In this document: positions 1 through 11,702 of the stretch, in pieces
How positions within the stretch are numbered: the stretch's first letter is position 1
How the letters are laid out: the number at the start of each line of letters is the position of its first letter
NCBI GenBank assembly: GCA_001244265.2
Contig: CDLV01000012.1
Span: 682,001-746,000 of the forward strand
Reading direction: 5' to 3'
Length of the DNA: 64,000 bases
Source of the DNA: Microbotryum violaceum
Taxonomy: Eukaryota
Notes under the pieces: generated by a model
Seen by the model: the letters and a program-made list of their open reading frames with translations, nothing else
What the model was told of the DNA's origin: nothing
Database searches by the model: none
Position numbers and translations under genes: made by a program

Positions 1-384
1 GGTACCCTTTGCGACGCAACTGCGGTTATGGGACGGGCTCTTGCTCGAAGGAGCGGATTTCTTGATCATCGTGGCGGTGGCGATAATTTGGGCTTTCAGG
101 GGTGAGTGTATATATGCATTGTTGTTAGACGCTATGTTCAACGGAGAATATAAAGCTGAGCTTCACCTCCTTCTCTCCTAGACTCATTCACCTTGCCCTC
201 GGCTTCGTTCGAATCGATCCTATCGACGCTCTCGTCCTACTTTTTCGTCGAGTCGGACGACGGGTTGCTGCGATGGATCCGCAAGACGTTGCGATTGAAG
301 GGCGTGAGACAAAAGATGTGCGACTGGAGGGTCGAGTGGCAAGGTTTTGTCGAAAATGGGTCCGCGGATCGGAGGGTGACGTGA
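1..384 (+). CDS. TBC-domain (Rab-GAP) protein, 3' end only
   Basis: Exon VPFATQLRLWDGLLLEGADFLIIVAVAIIWAFR fits the TBC C-terminal 'lRlWD.ll.eG' helix; GT-AG intron 102-181; last exon ends TGA at 384. Confidence 0.7.
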
Positions 385-577
385 GGTGTGGGGCTCGGAG
401 GCGCACGTCGCGTCGCAAGGAGCCGTCCAGCTCGGTAACCTCTGAACGATGGATATGCTTTCGCAATTTTGTGAATACGAATCTGTTGGAATTTACATAC
501 CTAACGGTGTTCTCACGCCTCCCAATGAACTCTTGCTCTCCGCCCCGAGGTCGACCTGGGATGCCTACCAAATGGGG

Positions 578-876
578 CAGTGCGGACCCTAGAAAGGACG
601 GGCTGTCCGAATAGGACCGATAGGACCCTTCAGCCCAATGTGCGTCTCGAAAAACAGCGATTTTAGGCCGATATCTACATCGGGATAAGGTGTCTGAGGG
701 GTCGATTTGTACCTGTTTCGAGTCGTACACTGGAAGAGCTCGGAGAACATGATATGGAAATGCCCAAAAATCGCTCTCCAGCAGCCAGAAATATGAAAAA
801 TCGCTCCGACGACCCGACACTATATATCGTCGCGTCGAATTTGACAGCCGGCCGCTCGGACCAGCCCGACCGCTCG
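578..876. repeat. Left arm of degenerate inverted repeat / transposon-subterminal-like sequence
   Basis: 631-653 matches the reverse complement of 11613-11635 at 21/23; CGATTTGTAC...GAG[TA]CG motif at 703 is shared with 11559 and 11602. Confidence 0.45.
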
Positions 877-1049
877 TTGGCTATTCTGGTGGTGCTAATT
901 GGAAAACAAAAGAAAGTTTGGCTGAACTGAGAATTGACCTCAGTTCCACTCTATTAATCAGAGTTGCTCTGACCGCTGAGCTACTCAACCAGTGGGAATA
1001 GATGAATATGACGGTGCACCCGAGTCATACCGGCGGTGGTTCTACCACA

Positions 1050-4000
1050 CATTGGGTACTAAATACGGCGCGGACTTGCGACGACCCGCGCTCGGATCCT
1101 CTCTTTCTGCGCCGACTCTCGGAATCGCAGATCGACTTACTCCAGCGACCAATCACCGAGGACGAGGTCGTGGCCGCGATCGGGACGACGCACCCGGGGC
1201 GATTGCCGGGGCCGTTGGGCGTGCCCTACGAACTCTACCGGACCGCACCCAAGGCGTGGGCCAAGGTGCTGACCAAGGCCTACAACGCAATGATAGAGCG
1301 AGGCTCACTCTCTCCCAAGCAGGGCCAAGGACTCGTGCGCCTCATCTTCAAGCGACACAAGGAGAATGCTGATCGCGCCGAACGTTCGTCGTACCGGCCG
1401 ATCACCCTGCGCGAGTGCGATTACAAGATCTTTACCAAGGTCTATGTCGCCCGTTTGAACCAGATTCTACCGGATCTCCTCCCGCCGCAGCAGCACGGAT
1501 TCGTCAAGGACCGCCGATCGGCTGACGCTGCACTACACCTTCGTCTCCTGATCGAGGAAGTTGGCGCGCGCAGGACCGAGTTCCCCGCGGCCGCACTCTT
1601 ATCTCTTGACCAATCGTCCGCCTACGACCTCGTCGAGCATGACTGGATCTTTGCCATCTTTGACGCTCTGGGCGCTCCTGCCACCTTTCTTCGCGTGCTG
1701 AGGATGCTCTACTCGGGTGACTCGACCTCGGCCCGCTACATCATCAATGGGTTCTTGACGGCGCCGGTACGACTGACGTGTGGGCTCGGCCAAGGGGACC
1801 CGGCGTCGTCGTCGGTCTGGGACATCGTGTTTCAGCCGTTTCTGGATGCTCTACACCGTCGAAACATCGCGCTGAATCTCTCCGTACCTGCACTTCATCC
1901 GTACCCACAGAGCCGCGCCATTACATCGCTTGCTTTTGCCGATGACGTTGTCGTCGCCGTCGCGGGCTTGGGGTCACTCAACTTGCTCGATGACCTGGCG
2001 CTCGACTGGAGGCATGCAACGAATGGCCGGCTCAACACGGACAAGACGGTCGTCCTACCGATCGGACGCCGCTGGGACCCGGGGCAACGCCCGCTCGTCG
2101 TCAAGGCCGCAGGCGAGTCGCTCGAGTGGATCGGCCTCCCCTTCGACCCGAGCGGCGACACCGAACTCGCCTACGCGGATCTCATCGAACGCCTCGAGGC
2201 GACGCTGGAAGGGGTTCAGCATCGCTGGCTCACACACCACACCCGTGCCTTTTACGTCAATCGGTACGCCATCCCCAAGATCCTGCACTTCCTTGCAGCC
2301 GACATCCCGCCGCCCGAAGTCGTCAAGAAGCTCGATGACATGCTCGTCGATTTCGTCCGTGGGGGCAAGGGCAGGACCAGCTACGGCAGAGATATCGTGT
2401 TCACAGCCAAGCTCAAGGGGGGACTCGGGGTGATCAGGATGCAGGACGTCGTGGACGCGGTTGCGGCACGGATCTGGGACGTTCTTCTCGGCGGTTCGGG
2501 CGCGATCTGGCAAGGACTTGCGCGCGTGGCACTCCAGCGAGCTCAGTCCGACCTCGACCTGGCCACCGATCTCTGGCCACATCCATCCACTCCCATCCCC
2601 AGCGACCTCCATCCCGATGGCGAGCAGCATTGGGGTTCCGAAACAGCACGACGCGCAGGTCAACCCGAGGACCTTGACCACCGCGAACCTGCTCGCGCTT
2701 CTCACCTTGCTCGGCAGCCTCCACACCCCCATCAGAGGGAGACAGACCATCGACGCGGTTCATATACCTGACTACCTTCGTCTCCAGGGCTACCGAAGGT
2801 GGCGGATCTCTACCGGCGCGAGTTGTATGCGGGTGGGGGTTTCACCTTTGGACGCCGCCGGCGGATGTGCTCGGCGACAACAGCGAGTACGATCGACGCG
2901 GGCTCCCGCAGCGACTGGCAATCGCGGCCTGGTACCGGTTTACTGTCGATCGACACAAGAACACGCCCTTGGCGGTGGCGGTGGCGGCAGGACGGCTCAA
3001 CGTGCCTCCCCGGATCGGCACCAGCGCACCGCTCGAGGCGATTCTCCCCAAGCCCGTGGCCCGCTTCGCAATGGAGCAGCGCCTTCCGGACCCGGTGCTT
3101 CCACAGCAGGCGAGCCAGTACAAGCTGCTGAACATGGCTCGACCGTACACCATCCGTCGCATCCGCCGGGTCCTGAACGCGAAGGCCTTTACCAACACGC
3201 TCGGGCTCAAGGGACCACCGCAGCCGGACGACCTCAGGAGCTTTTGGGAAGGCGGTCAACTCGAAGGCACTGACGGCGAGGGAGAGGGAAGTTTGGTTCA
3301 AGCTGATTCTCCGCTTCACCCCGACGCGCAAGCTGCAACACCAACAGAATCACGACACTTCTCCCGCGTGCCTCGTCTGCGAAGCGCCGGTGGACGACAC
3401 CGACCACTACTTTTTCGGCTACGTTGACTCGCGGAATGTCTGGATCGCGGCAAGGGGCGTGCTCTGCGACGCACTCGGGTGCGACACGATTGAGGACGCC
3501 CAGTACACGACACTGCAACGGCTCTTTGGCCTCCCCAAGCTCAAGGCCAAGCTCAGCGAACAGGAAGGGGCGGGCTGGACGATCGAGATCTTCACGGGGA
3601 TGGTTTTGGAGATGATCAGCAGTGGGAGATGGAGGATGCAGAAGCACGGGACGAGGATGGAAAGCGTGGAGAGGAGGAGGGTGGTACTGGAGGAGAGGAT
3701 GAAGTTGAGGGCGGGAGGAGCAAGGGGCGGGCGAGGGCAGTAGAGGCTGGGTTCGATTTCCCCCCCACCACACCCCACACACACACACCATCACGCTTCA
3801 TCTTCCAACAAAAAGCTGTATACTAAATATCTTGCTTTCATCTTTCATCTATTACAGGTCTGCCTTCGTTGCTCATGGACCGGCTCGCGATTTGAGATTG
3901 ACTCGACGGTGACTCGCGCTCTTTGGCTTCGGGGTTCTGAGTCAAGGGAGGGATCAGCAGACACAGGCAGAAAGTCGGATTTGAGGGGCCAGGGACTGCT

Positions 4001-4412
4001 GAGGTGGAGGTTTTGAGGGGCCTCCACCGCGTCTTGTTGTGACCGAGCATAGACTTGGGACTTCGCGGGTCAGGGTAGCTGCGCAGTCGCTCTCTTGTCT
4101 TTGTCTCGACCGAGTTGGGAAGTGACGGCGGGCTGGGTCTCTTGTCGTTAGTCTATTATTTTGTTACTCTTTCTCTTTCTCTCTCTCTCTTCTTCTCTTT
4201 CTCATCTTCTCTCTCATTCGTCTCCTGGGGGGAGCAACCGCTTGGCTGGGGCACTTGAATCCCAAGTATCGGATTGGTGGACACCGGCCCGTTTCTAGCA
4301 TCTTGCGGGCGGTTTGTGTTATCATCGTCGACTTCCATCTAGTTTTTCCGTAGGCCAATCAGGGGGAACAGGAATTGGAGGCAATATGATGAACAAGTTC
4401 TACAAAAAAAAA
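1050..4412 (+). mobile_element. 5'-truncated non-LTR retrotransposon (L1/Tx1-like LINE), copy A, frameshifted
   Basis: RT motifs [42 protein letters not shown]-terminal CLVC...DHYFF zinc knuckle near 3370-3420; ORF ends about 3743; CT-rich 3' UTR ending in A9 at 4404-4412; start approximate. Confidence 0.9.
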
Positions 4413-4414
4413 CC

Positions 4415-4494
4415 CCATCTAGTTTTTCCGTAGGCCAATCAGGGGGAACAGGAATTGGGGGCAATATGATGAACAAGTTCTACAAAAAAAAAAA
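4415..4494 (+). mobile_element. Ultra-short second copy of the LINE-A 3' terminus (69 bp + A11)
   Basis: 4415-4483 repeats 4335-4403 with one substitution (GGAG vs GGGG) and has its own poly(A). Confidence 0.85.
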
Positions 4495-7400
4495 GGAACA
4501 AACCGGGGGCCAATCTGAAATCACTGGGGGCATATCGACCGATCACACTGCGCGAGACAGCCTACAAGGTCCTCAGCAAGGTCTTGGTGGCGCGACTCAA
4601 TGGGGTGCTCGGCGAGCTTTTGCCGCCGGCGCAACACGGGTTCATGCCATCAAGACGTTCAGCGGACGCGGGAAGTCATCTCACTCTCCTTCTCGAAAAA
4701 CTCCGATCACTCGGTACTGATGTTTTCCCAGAGGGCGCCCTCTTGTCCTTGGATCAGCAGAGCGCGTACGATCGGGTCGATCACGCATGGATCTTCGACG
4801 TCTTCGAGGCCTTTGGCTTTGGTGAGCGTTTCATTTCCCTGCTGCGCGCTCTGTACGATCCCGAGACTCTGGGGGTGCGCTACCTCATCAATGGGTTCCC
4901 CACGGAGTTGGTGCGGTTGCTGTGTGGTCTCGGTCAGGGGGATCCCCTCTCGTGCCCGGTTTGGAACATCACGTTCCAGCCCTTCCTCGACGCCCTCGTT
5001 CGGCGCAGGATCGCGCTCGACCTGCAGAAGGTGTGGCCAGGGGGCCGCGTGCGCAGCTTACGCATCTGGCGTTTGCCGACGATGCTGTGGTGGTGGTGGA
5101 GTCACCGGCGGCATTGTCGAAGCTGCAAACGCTGTCGCAGACGTGGTACGAGGCAACCAACGGGAAGAGCAACACGGACAAGACGCTGGTGCTACCACTC
5201 GGACCGAACTGGCTTCGGGACGAGACTGCGCAGGCGCTGCCAACGGTGCAGGAGGGGGAGAGCTTCAAGTGGTGCGGCTATGCCTTCTTTCGCCACGGTG
5301 ACTCGAAACTGTTTTGGACCCATGTTCTTGACAGGATCAAGGCCAAGACCCGCGCCGCTGGAGACCGGACACTTTCGCCGAGTGGGAAGGTCTTCTATGC
5401 CAACGCTCACATCATCTCGACGGTCCTCCACGTGCTGTCCTTCGACATACCGCTTCAATGGTTCATTAAGGCGGCGGAGACAGCACTTACGGATTTTGTC
5501 TGGGGAGGAGCAGGGCGAAATACCGTCGCTCGCGATTTCGTGTTCCAGGCTCGGGATGGCTTGGGCTTGATTTCGATCGGCGACATCGTTCATTCGGTGG
5601 CGCTTCGATTTTGGGATGCTGTGGCGGGCTCGAACGAGGCGATCTGGGCGCCCCTAGCTCGCGAGAGCTGGAGGTCCCTCGTCGCTGCGACCCGCGATTT
5701 CAGTCCGTGGGGGTTCTTCAGCAGCACGGCTCGGGTCGAGAAGCTGTATCGCGACTCGACGCGCTGGGGGGCAGTCGTTGCAGCGGCCAGGGTCACCTTA
5801 CCAACCATCAAGTCCGAACTCCTTACGCTCCCCGAATTGCTCTCGCTTCCGCCTCGCCTCCCTTCACTCTATGCTGAAGGTGCCAAGCACGCATATGACG
5901 ATGCGGACGCAGTGGCGAAGTTTGCGCAGATCGCGGACCTGTACTGGAGGGACGAAGGGAAGGGCTGGGCTCTGGTTGGTCATCGACGCGGGTTCTGGCA
6001 GCACTATAAGGAACCCGCCCTACAGCACGAGCACGTGTGGTCGCGCGTGGGTCAGTTGCTCAAGGCGAAAGCCTTGCTGCCCAAGACCGCGTTGCGACCT
6101 GCTCGGATACCTCTCAAGGAGGCCCCCGTCCTCGGTGCTTCAACTTCTTTGGGCTCACCCGACCGTTCACTATTCGCAAGCTTCGTCGGCTTGTGAACGT
6201 GGTTCGGTTCCCAGGGAGGGAGGATCGTGTCAAGCGTTTCCGTGATGGGACTTCTCAGAGCCATAGGAAGCGCTTCTGGAGATGGCTTCATGACCGGTTT
6301 GCGTCTGCTGTGGAGCAGGACACCCACTGGCGGCTCATGTACGACGTGACGCCGACGCGCAAGAGGCAGCATACTCAGGGTCATGCCTCTTCGCCGACGT
6401 GTCTGTTCTGCGGCAACGATGCAGCGGTCATCAAGACGGTGTCGCACTACTTCTTCGAGTGCGCGTACTCGACCAGCTTCTGGGGTGGGGTGCTTCGCAT
6501 TCTGTTCGACAAGCTGGGCATCGAGGATACCGACGTCGATCCGTCGACGTTCACTCCGGAGCAGCTGACTATGGGGCTCCCCCTTTTGCGGGGTCGTGGG
6601 AGAACGACCTCGAGATGGATGTGGGTTCGGCTGGCCTGCGCGATCGGCTTCCAGCGGCTGCACCTGCTCCGCTGGCGCGTTCATCAGCGGTTCGAGCTGG
6701 ACAAGGTCGTGGCCCCTCCCTCGCTCCCAGTGCACTCAGAGCGTTCGAGCGAGATTTTCTCTCTCGAGCGGGTTTTGTGCCTGGGGCTCGAGATTGGGAG
6801 GTGTGATGACCAAGTTAAGTCCTTCCTTCCCATTTTCCTCCCTTCTTTTTCGGAGGTCGACTCCTCTTTTAGAAGCTGACTGTCTTGGAACTTGTTGCGC
6901 AGTGGAAGGCTGCGCACCTCTCCCTCTCTCTCTCTACTTTGCGCAGTAGCGGTTTTTTGTTCTTGGATGGATCGGCAAGCCAGGTCGATTGTCTTTGCGT
7001 TGGAGGCTTTGTGAAGTTTTTCCCTCTCCTTTCCCCCCTTTTTCCCTTCCCTTCCTCTTCTCGTTCCTGTTGCTCGGTTGTTGACTACGCTTCAGCCACT
7101 TCTCCTTTTACTCCTAAGCCGTGTGTTGGGTTCCGTTGAATGGTTCGTTCGTTCGCGTTGGTCAAGATCTACGGCATGGCTCGGGAAGGAAGGTCGCTCG
7201 TTTCTGGTCAATATCCTCGCGTCAAGGCGAGGCTCGTTTCGTTGTACTGGATCGCTTTTCTCTCGGCCCCGACGGCTCAACAGCCAGCACTCGAGATTTA
7301 GCCAAGGGAGGACATCAGGCGCTGTCAGGGTGACGAGTAGCTGGGGCTTGGCTGCGGCCTGTTAGTCCCTGGGGACCTCTACCTCCGGCTTCGACCCCCT

Positions 7401-7767
7401 CCCTTGGCCCCTCGGGTGTGTTCCCCTTCTCTCTGTCTTAGTATTCCTGGTTCTCCGTATCCCCAGTTGTAACTTTCTGTATACTCTCCCCCTTCTTTCT
7501 CTAGGCGCTCTTGCCTGGTTTTCGAGTATCTTTGCTCCCGCTCTTGGGACGTGAAGCGGCAGCAGTACTCACCGCCCGTTGGAGTCCGCGTTAGGTGCTC
7601 GGCGGGTTTTGATCTGCGCAGCGCTCTTTGCGCGCAGGGGTTTGACTTTCGCCCAACTGCTTGCCGTCGTTGCTTTATAACCTCCTTTAGCTCTTTTTGT
7701 AGCGGTCCCAGCCAACCCGAAGGATTGCAATTTATGAGCCCCAGTAAAAAAAAAAAAAAAAAAAAAA
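4495..7767 (+). mobile_element. 5'-truncated L1/Tx1-like LINE, copy B, frameshifted
   Basis: Begins inside RT ([25 protein letters not shown]), [28 protein letters not shown]...SHYFFEC zinc knuckle near 6400-6465; long 3' UTR ending in A22 at 7746-7767. Confidence 0.92.
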
Positions 7768-7817
7768 GGGAGCCATGGCGGGCGGACTGGTGCACGGTCA
7801 CATTGACTTCTACTGTG

Positions 7818-8091
7818 CTGTGAATGTGAGGGCTGCATATATCCAGTGGCTTTGACTTTACATAAGTCTACCCCCTTTTTCAAACATTGGTTTCTCGCAG
7901 ATAATCGAATATGTGAAATAAATCGGGACTCTCTCTGTCTTCTCTCTCTTCTCGGTTGTGCCTATCTTCACAACTATATAGGGTTGATGGTTGGGGCTCA
8001 AACTTGTGGAGTCCCATTTTGTCGTTCTGTGAATGTAGTGCTGCATAGATCCAGTGGCTCTGACTTTGCACAAGTCTAAACCCCTGTTCAA
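7818..8091 (+). repeat. Imperfect ~65-bp direct repeat pair in an AT-richer spacer
   Basis: 7818-7883 and 8027-8091 share CTGTGAATGT..GCTGCATA.ATCCAGTGGCT.TGACTTT.CA.AAGTCTA..CCC. Confidence 0.8.
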
Positions 8092-8399
8092 GAAGGATCA
8101 ATAGCCGGAGGCCGCATACCACCAATCCTCGAAAATCGTAACTCTTGTCGAATAATGCGGGATCTCGAGCACGTCGTCTAAGGACAGGTGAGTTTGTGAC
8201 TCTGGAGGGACTGTTTTAGATGACATGTTAACAAGGGCACACACGGAAGTGCACAGAACGTAGGATGGTCGCGACCTGGCACAAGGTGAGGATGGTCAGG
8301 GGCTATCAGGGGCCGCTAATGGCACTTGGCCCATTTAAACCCCAGCGCCTTTCTGTATTCTTGCGGATGGCGTCTTGGTGCGCTTGAAGCGCATTTTTC

Positions 8400-11300
8400 T
8401 TTCATTACATTCGGCTCGCGCGAACTAATGTTTGATCCCGAGTCGCCTCCAAACACTCTTCGTGCCTCTTTCTCTTTCCCGGACCGAGTCACCGACGCCA
8501 CCTTTTATGTGGGTGATTCAAAAGTCCGGGTTGTATCAATATACGCGCCTTCCTCCGACAAGCCAGACAAAAAACGCTTCCTCTCACCCCTCAGCACCGC
8601 CCTCCGACAAGTTGTACGTGACGAACCCTCGCCGCCTGCGCTCCTAGTCGGGGGGACTGGAATTGTGTTGAGTCCCAGCCCCTCGATTCGGAGAACCAAA
8701 ACGGAACGAATTATGGGGGTCAGGAGATGCGCGACCTTGCCACGGCCAACAATCTTTTCGACGCCTATCGGCTCCATCATCCCAAAGGACGAGCCACGAC
8801 GAATCGCTCAGCGCCCGGCACGTGCCGTCGCCTTGACCGCATCTATGTCTCGCCTGATTGGGTCGACCTCTTCCATGATCACAAAATTTGGGCTCCTGTC
8901 CTCAAATCGACGCACTCAATGGTTGTGGCACGGCTCCAAGTGCCGGGCGCAATCGACATCGGTCCGGGCAAATTCAAGCTGGGTTTGCACGTGATCGAGA
9001 GCGACGCGACCTGCGAGTACCTCACCTCCATTGTCCGCACCCTTTACAACAAAGCCCTCCTCCAGACGCCCAACGATCCACCAGCAGCTTGGACGTCCAC
9101 CAAACACCGCCTGCTGCCCGAGCTGCAGGCTCTGGCCCGGACGTTCGCTCGGTTCCGTCGTGGCGGGTCGGAGCAAGAGAGGGCTGACCACTCGCGCTAC
9201 GGCGCGGCCCTGCGGTCCCGCCTCGACCCATCTCTGGCGGGTCCCTCTTCCATCTTCATCCGCCTGCCCAAAGTGCGAGCATCCGACCTGATCCCTTCGC
9301 TCACGGTCAACGATGTTGTTCATTCCGACCCTGATTCGATGCTTGGAGCGGCCAGCGACTACTTCGAGCGGGTCTATGAGGACCGCCCCATCGATGACGC
9401 GGCCCTGAAGGCGATCATCGACGGCCTCGCTTCAACTCGCCTCTCCCCGCGGACTCACTCAAGCTCGAGGAAGCGTACCCGTTGGAGGAGATGACAAAGG
9501 CTCAAGAGGCGTTCCTCTGCGCCGTTGGCCTCGGCCCCAAAGCCCGCCAATGGTACCGAGCGACCTACACCAACCAATCTGCCTCGATCTTCCTCAACGG
9601 TTGGCTCTCTGCCACTTTCGACATCCTGTCGGGCGTTCGGCAAGGTGATCCTTTGGCTCCGTCTCTCTTCGTCCTGGCGATCGAAGGTTTTGCCTGTCAG
9701 ATTCGATTGAGAGTCAAGGGCATCGATATTGCGGGCCTCCAAAACGTTCGCGAACTCCTTTTTGCCGACGACGCTTGCTGCGCACTCCACAACCTCTCGG
9801 ACCTCGACCACCTCAATCGGGCGATCGAGCTTTACGAACGGGCAAGTGCCAGCAAGCTCAGCAACGTCAAATCTTTCCTCTACCCCCTTGGAGCTTTTCG
9901 GGATCGGTCGATCACCCCAGATCTCGGGACCTGGCGTCTCAGCGATTCGCAGTTTCGCTACCTTAGTATTCAGGTCGGGGTGGAGATCGCTGAGGATGCG
10001 GGCTGGGAAGATGTCAAGGCCTTGACCATCGCTCGGATACGCTCGATTCCGATGTACGATCTCCCATATGCAGCCAAGTGTTCGATCATCAACATCTACT
10101 GCTACACAAAGATCTTGTACTACAGCCGATTCCTTCCCGCCCCAAGAGCGTTGTCAAGGAGATCGAGGAGGCCGCCATGCTCGCCATTCACGGTCGAGCT
10201 TCGGATGGTACTCAGCGACGTCCGAAGGTCTCCCGGTCGCGCCTCTGCACCCCTCTTGATCACGGCGGCTTCGGTTTGATTGATCTGCCTCGGCGTCTAG
10301 CAATCGATCACGCGAAGTGGGTCTTCCAGCTCCGGGCCCCGGACGGCTGCTTCACACGCCACCTCTTCGACATCCGCATCCGCCTCCAGGCACCAAACGA
10401 ACCAACCCCTTTCACCTTGTCCAGACCGGCCCCCAACCAGCATCGTTGCCCTTGGATTTGGATCTGGTGGGCTTACTTTTGCCATCCTCCCCAAAGTGGG
10501 ACCATGCGGTGAGAAAAACGACAAAACTTCTTCCTGCTCGTTGGGTCCGATACTTCGAAGCCTGGGCGTTGGTGACCACGCTCAACCCCCGGAACTCTCC
10601 AAGAGCCAGAACCTCGAGCAATGGGCGACGCACGTACTCTACTTCCCAGCGGGCCACGGAATACAACTCTCGGTAAACCCGACGCTTTTTCGAGGGCCCG
10701 ATGGCGAGGTGATGACCCCGTCTTCGTTTGTGAACGCGTCCAAACGCCACCAAGTCTTCATCTTCCCCCTTATCTTCCCCAAGGGACACCAGAAGGTATT
10801 CGATCTGCCTGAGCAACGCTGGAACGCTTGGTGGAAGGCTTTGCGCAAGGTTCGCCGGGTTCACTCGGACGCCGAGGATACCGGCCACCTTCTCTCCCTG
10901 GGGTCCCTCCATCCGGGAAGCCAAGTCGCCTCCCCAACCAGCCCACATCCCAACAATTGATCTACCTCCTGTGTGATGTGCCTCTCGGAAGCACCCGAGT
11001 GCCTGGTTCACCTCGCGGTCGGCTGCCCATTTGCCCGGCGCCTCTGGTCTGCTCTGTGCCCGACCCCCCACCCAGTCTTTGTGGACTTTGTATGCCCGGT
11101 CGTGTCTCGCTCGGAACGTCGACTTGTCGAACTACGAGTCCTCTTCTTTCACTCGATCTGGAAGCTCTGTCGCCGTCGTCGATTCTCGTCGGATCTTTTG
11201 GAACCGATCACCGAAACGGAGTTCGAGGGGCTTCGAGCCTCTATCCAGGAGTCCAAGGGTCGCCTAGTGTCTCTGTAAGACACCAAAGGGGGTTTTAGTG

Positions 11301-11450
11301 GGTATGGTTGATCCTGGTTCAGGGTCAATGAGTCCTACACTACTGGCTTCTGCCAGTGTGCGTAACAGCATTCCCTCCGACTTTTCCGAAGATTTCTAGG
11401 TATTAATATAATTATGCTGTTAATGAAGTCTATCAAATAAATAATAAAAA
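8400..11450 (+). mobile_element. L1/Tx1-like LINE, copy C: APE endonuclease, internally deleted RT and zinc knuckle
   Basis: APE motifs SIYAP, GG(D)WN, LFDAYR, RRLDRIY, STH; RT N-terminal subdomains missing at about 9495; GVRQGDP, LFADD; CVMC...VHLAVGC; stop 11278; A-rich tail about 11436-11450. Confidence 0.9.
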
Positions 11451-11454
11451 TCAT

Positions 11455-11702
11455 ACGCGCTCGGCCATCGGCCGCGCACGGGACGGCCGGCCCCGGCCGG
11501 TGCGAGGTCCAGGTGCATCAGTTTGTACCACATCCTGGACGTACATGATCTGATTTTTCGATTTGTACCTCTTTTGAGTCGCAGTTTGGGTTCGGAGGGT
11601 CCGATTTGTACATTTTCGAGACGCACCTGGGGCTGCGCTTTCCCGGGTCCGGGTCCTGGTCCGATTGTCCGATCGTGTCTCGTACGCGGGCGTTCTGCAC
11701 CG
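11455..11702. repeat. Right arm of degenerate inverted repeat flanking the LINE block
   Basis: Reverse complement reads ...AATCGGACCAGGACCC...CAGCCCCAGGTGCGTCTCGAAAA versus left AATAGGACCGATAGGACCC...CAGCCCAATGTGCGTCTCGAAAA; GC-rich inner segment on both arms. Confidence 0.45.

Noticed and set aside
3748-3768. GGTTCGATT B-box-like motif
   Set aside because: No cloverleaf; sits at the LINE-A ORF/3' UTR border
4335-4494. Repeat pair as CRISPR-like array
   Set aside because: Two poly(A)-tailed LINE ends without spacers, in a eukaryote
7704-7716. GGTCCCAGCC, identical to part of the HDV ribozyme and resembling twister
   Set aside because: Required P1/P3/P1.1 pairings and J4/2 not found; likely chance
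7830-8075. SHWIYAAL on the minus strand as a Ulp1-protease fragment
   Set aside because: Too short, interrupted by stops, no other catalytic motifs
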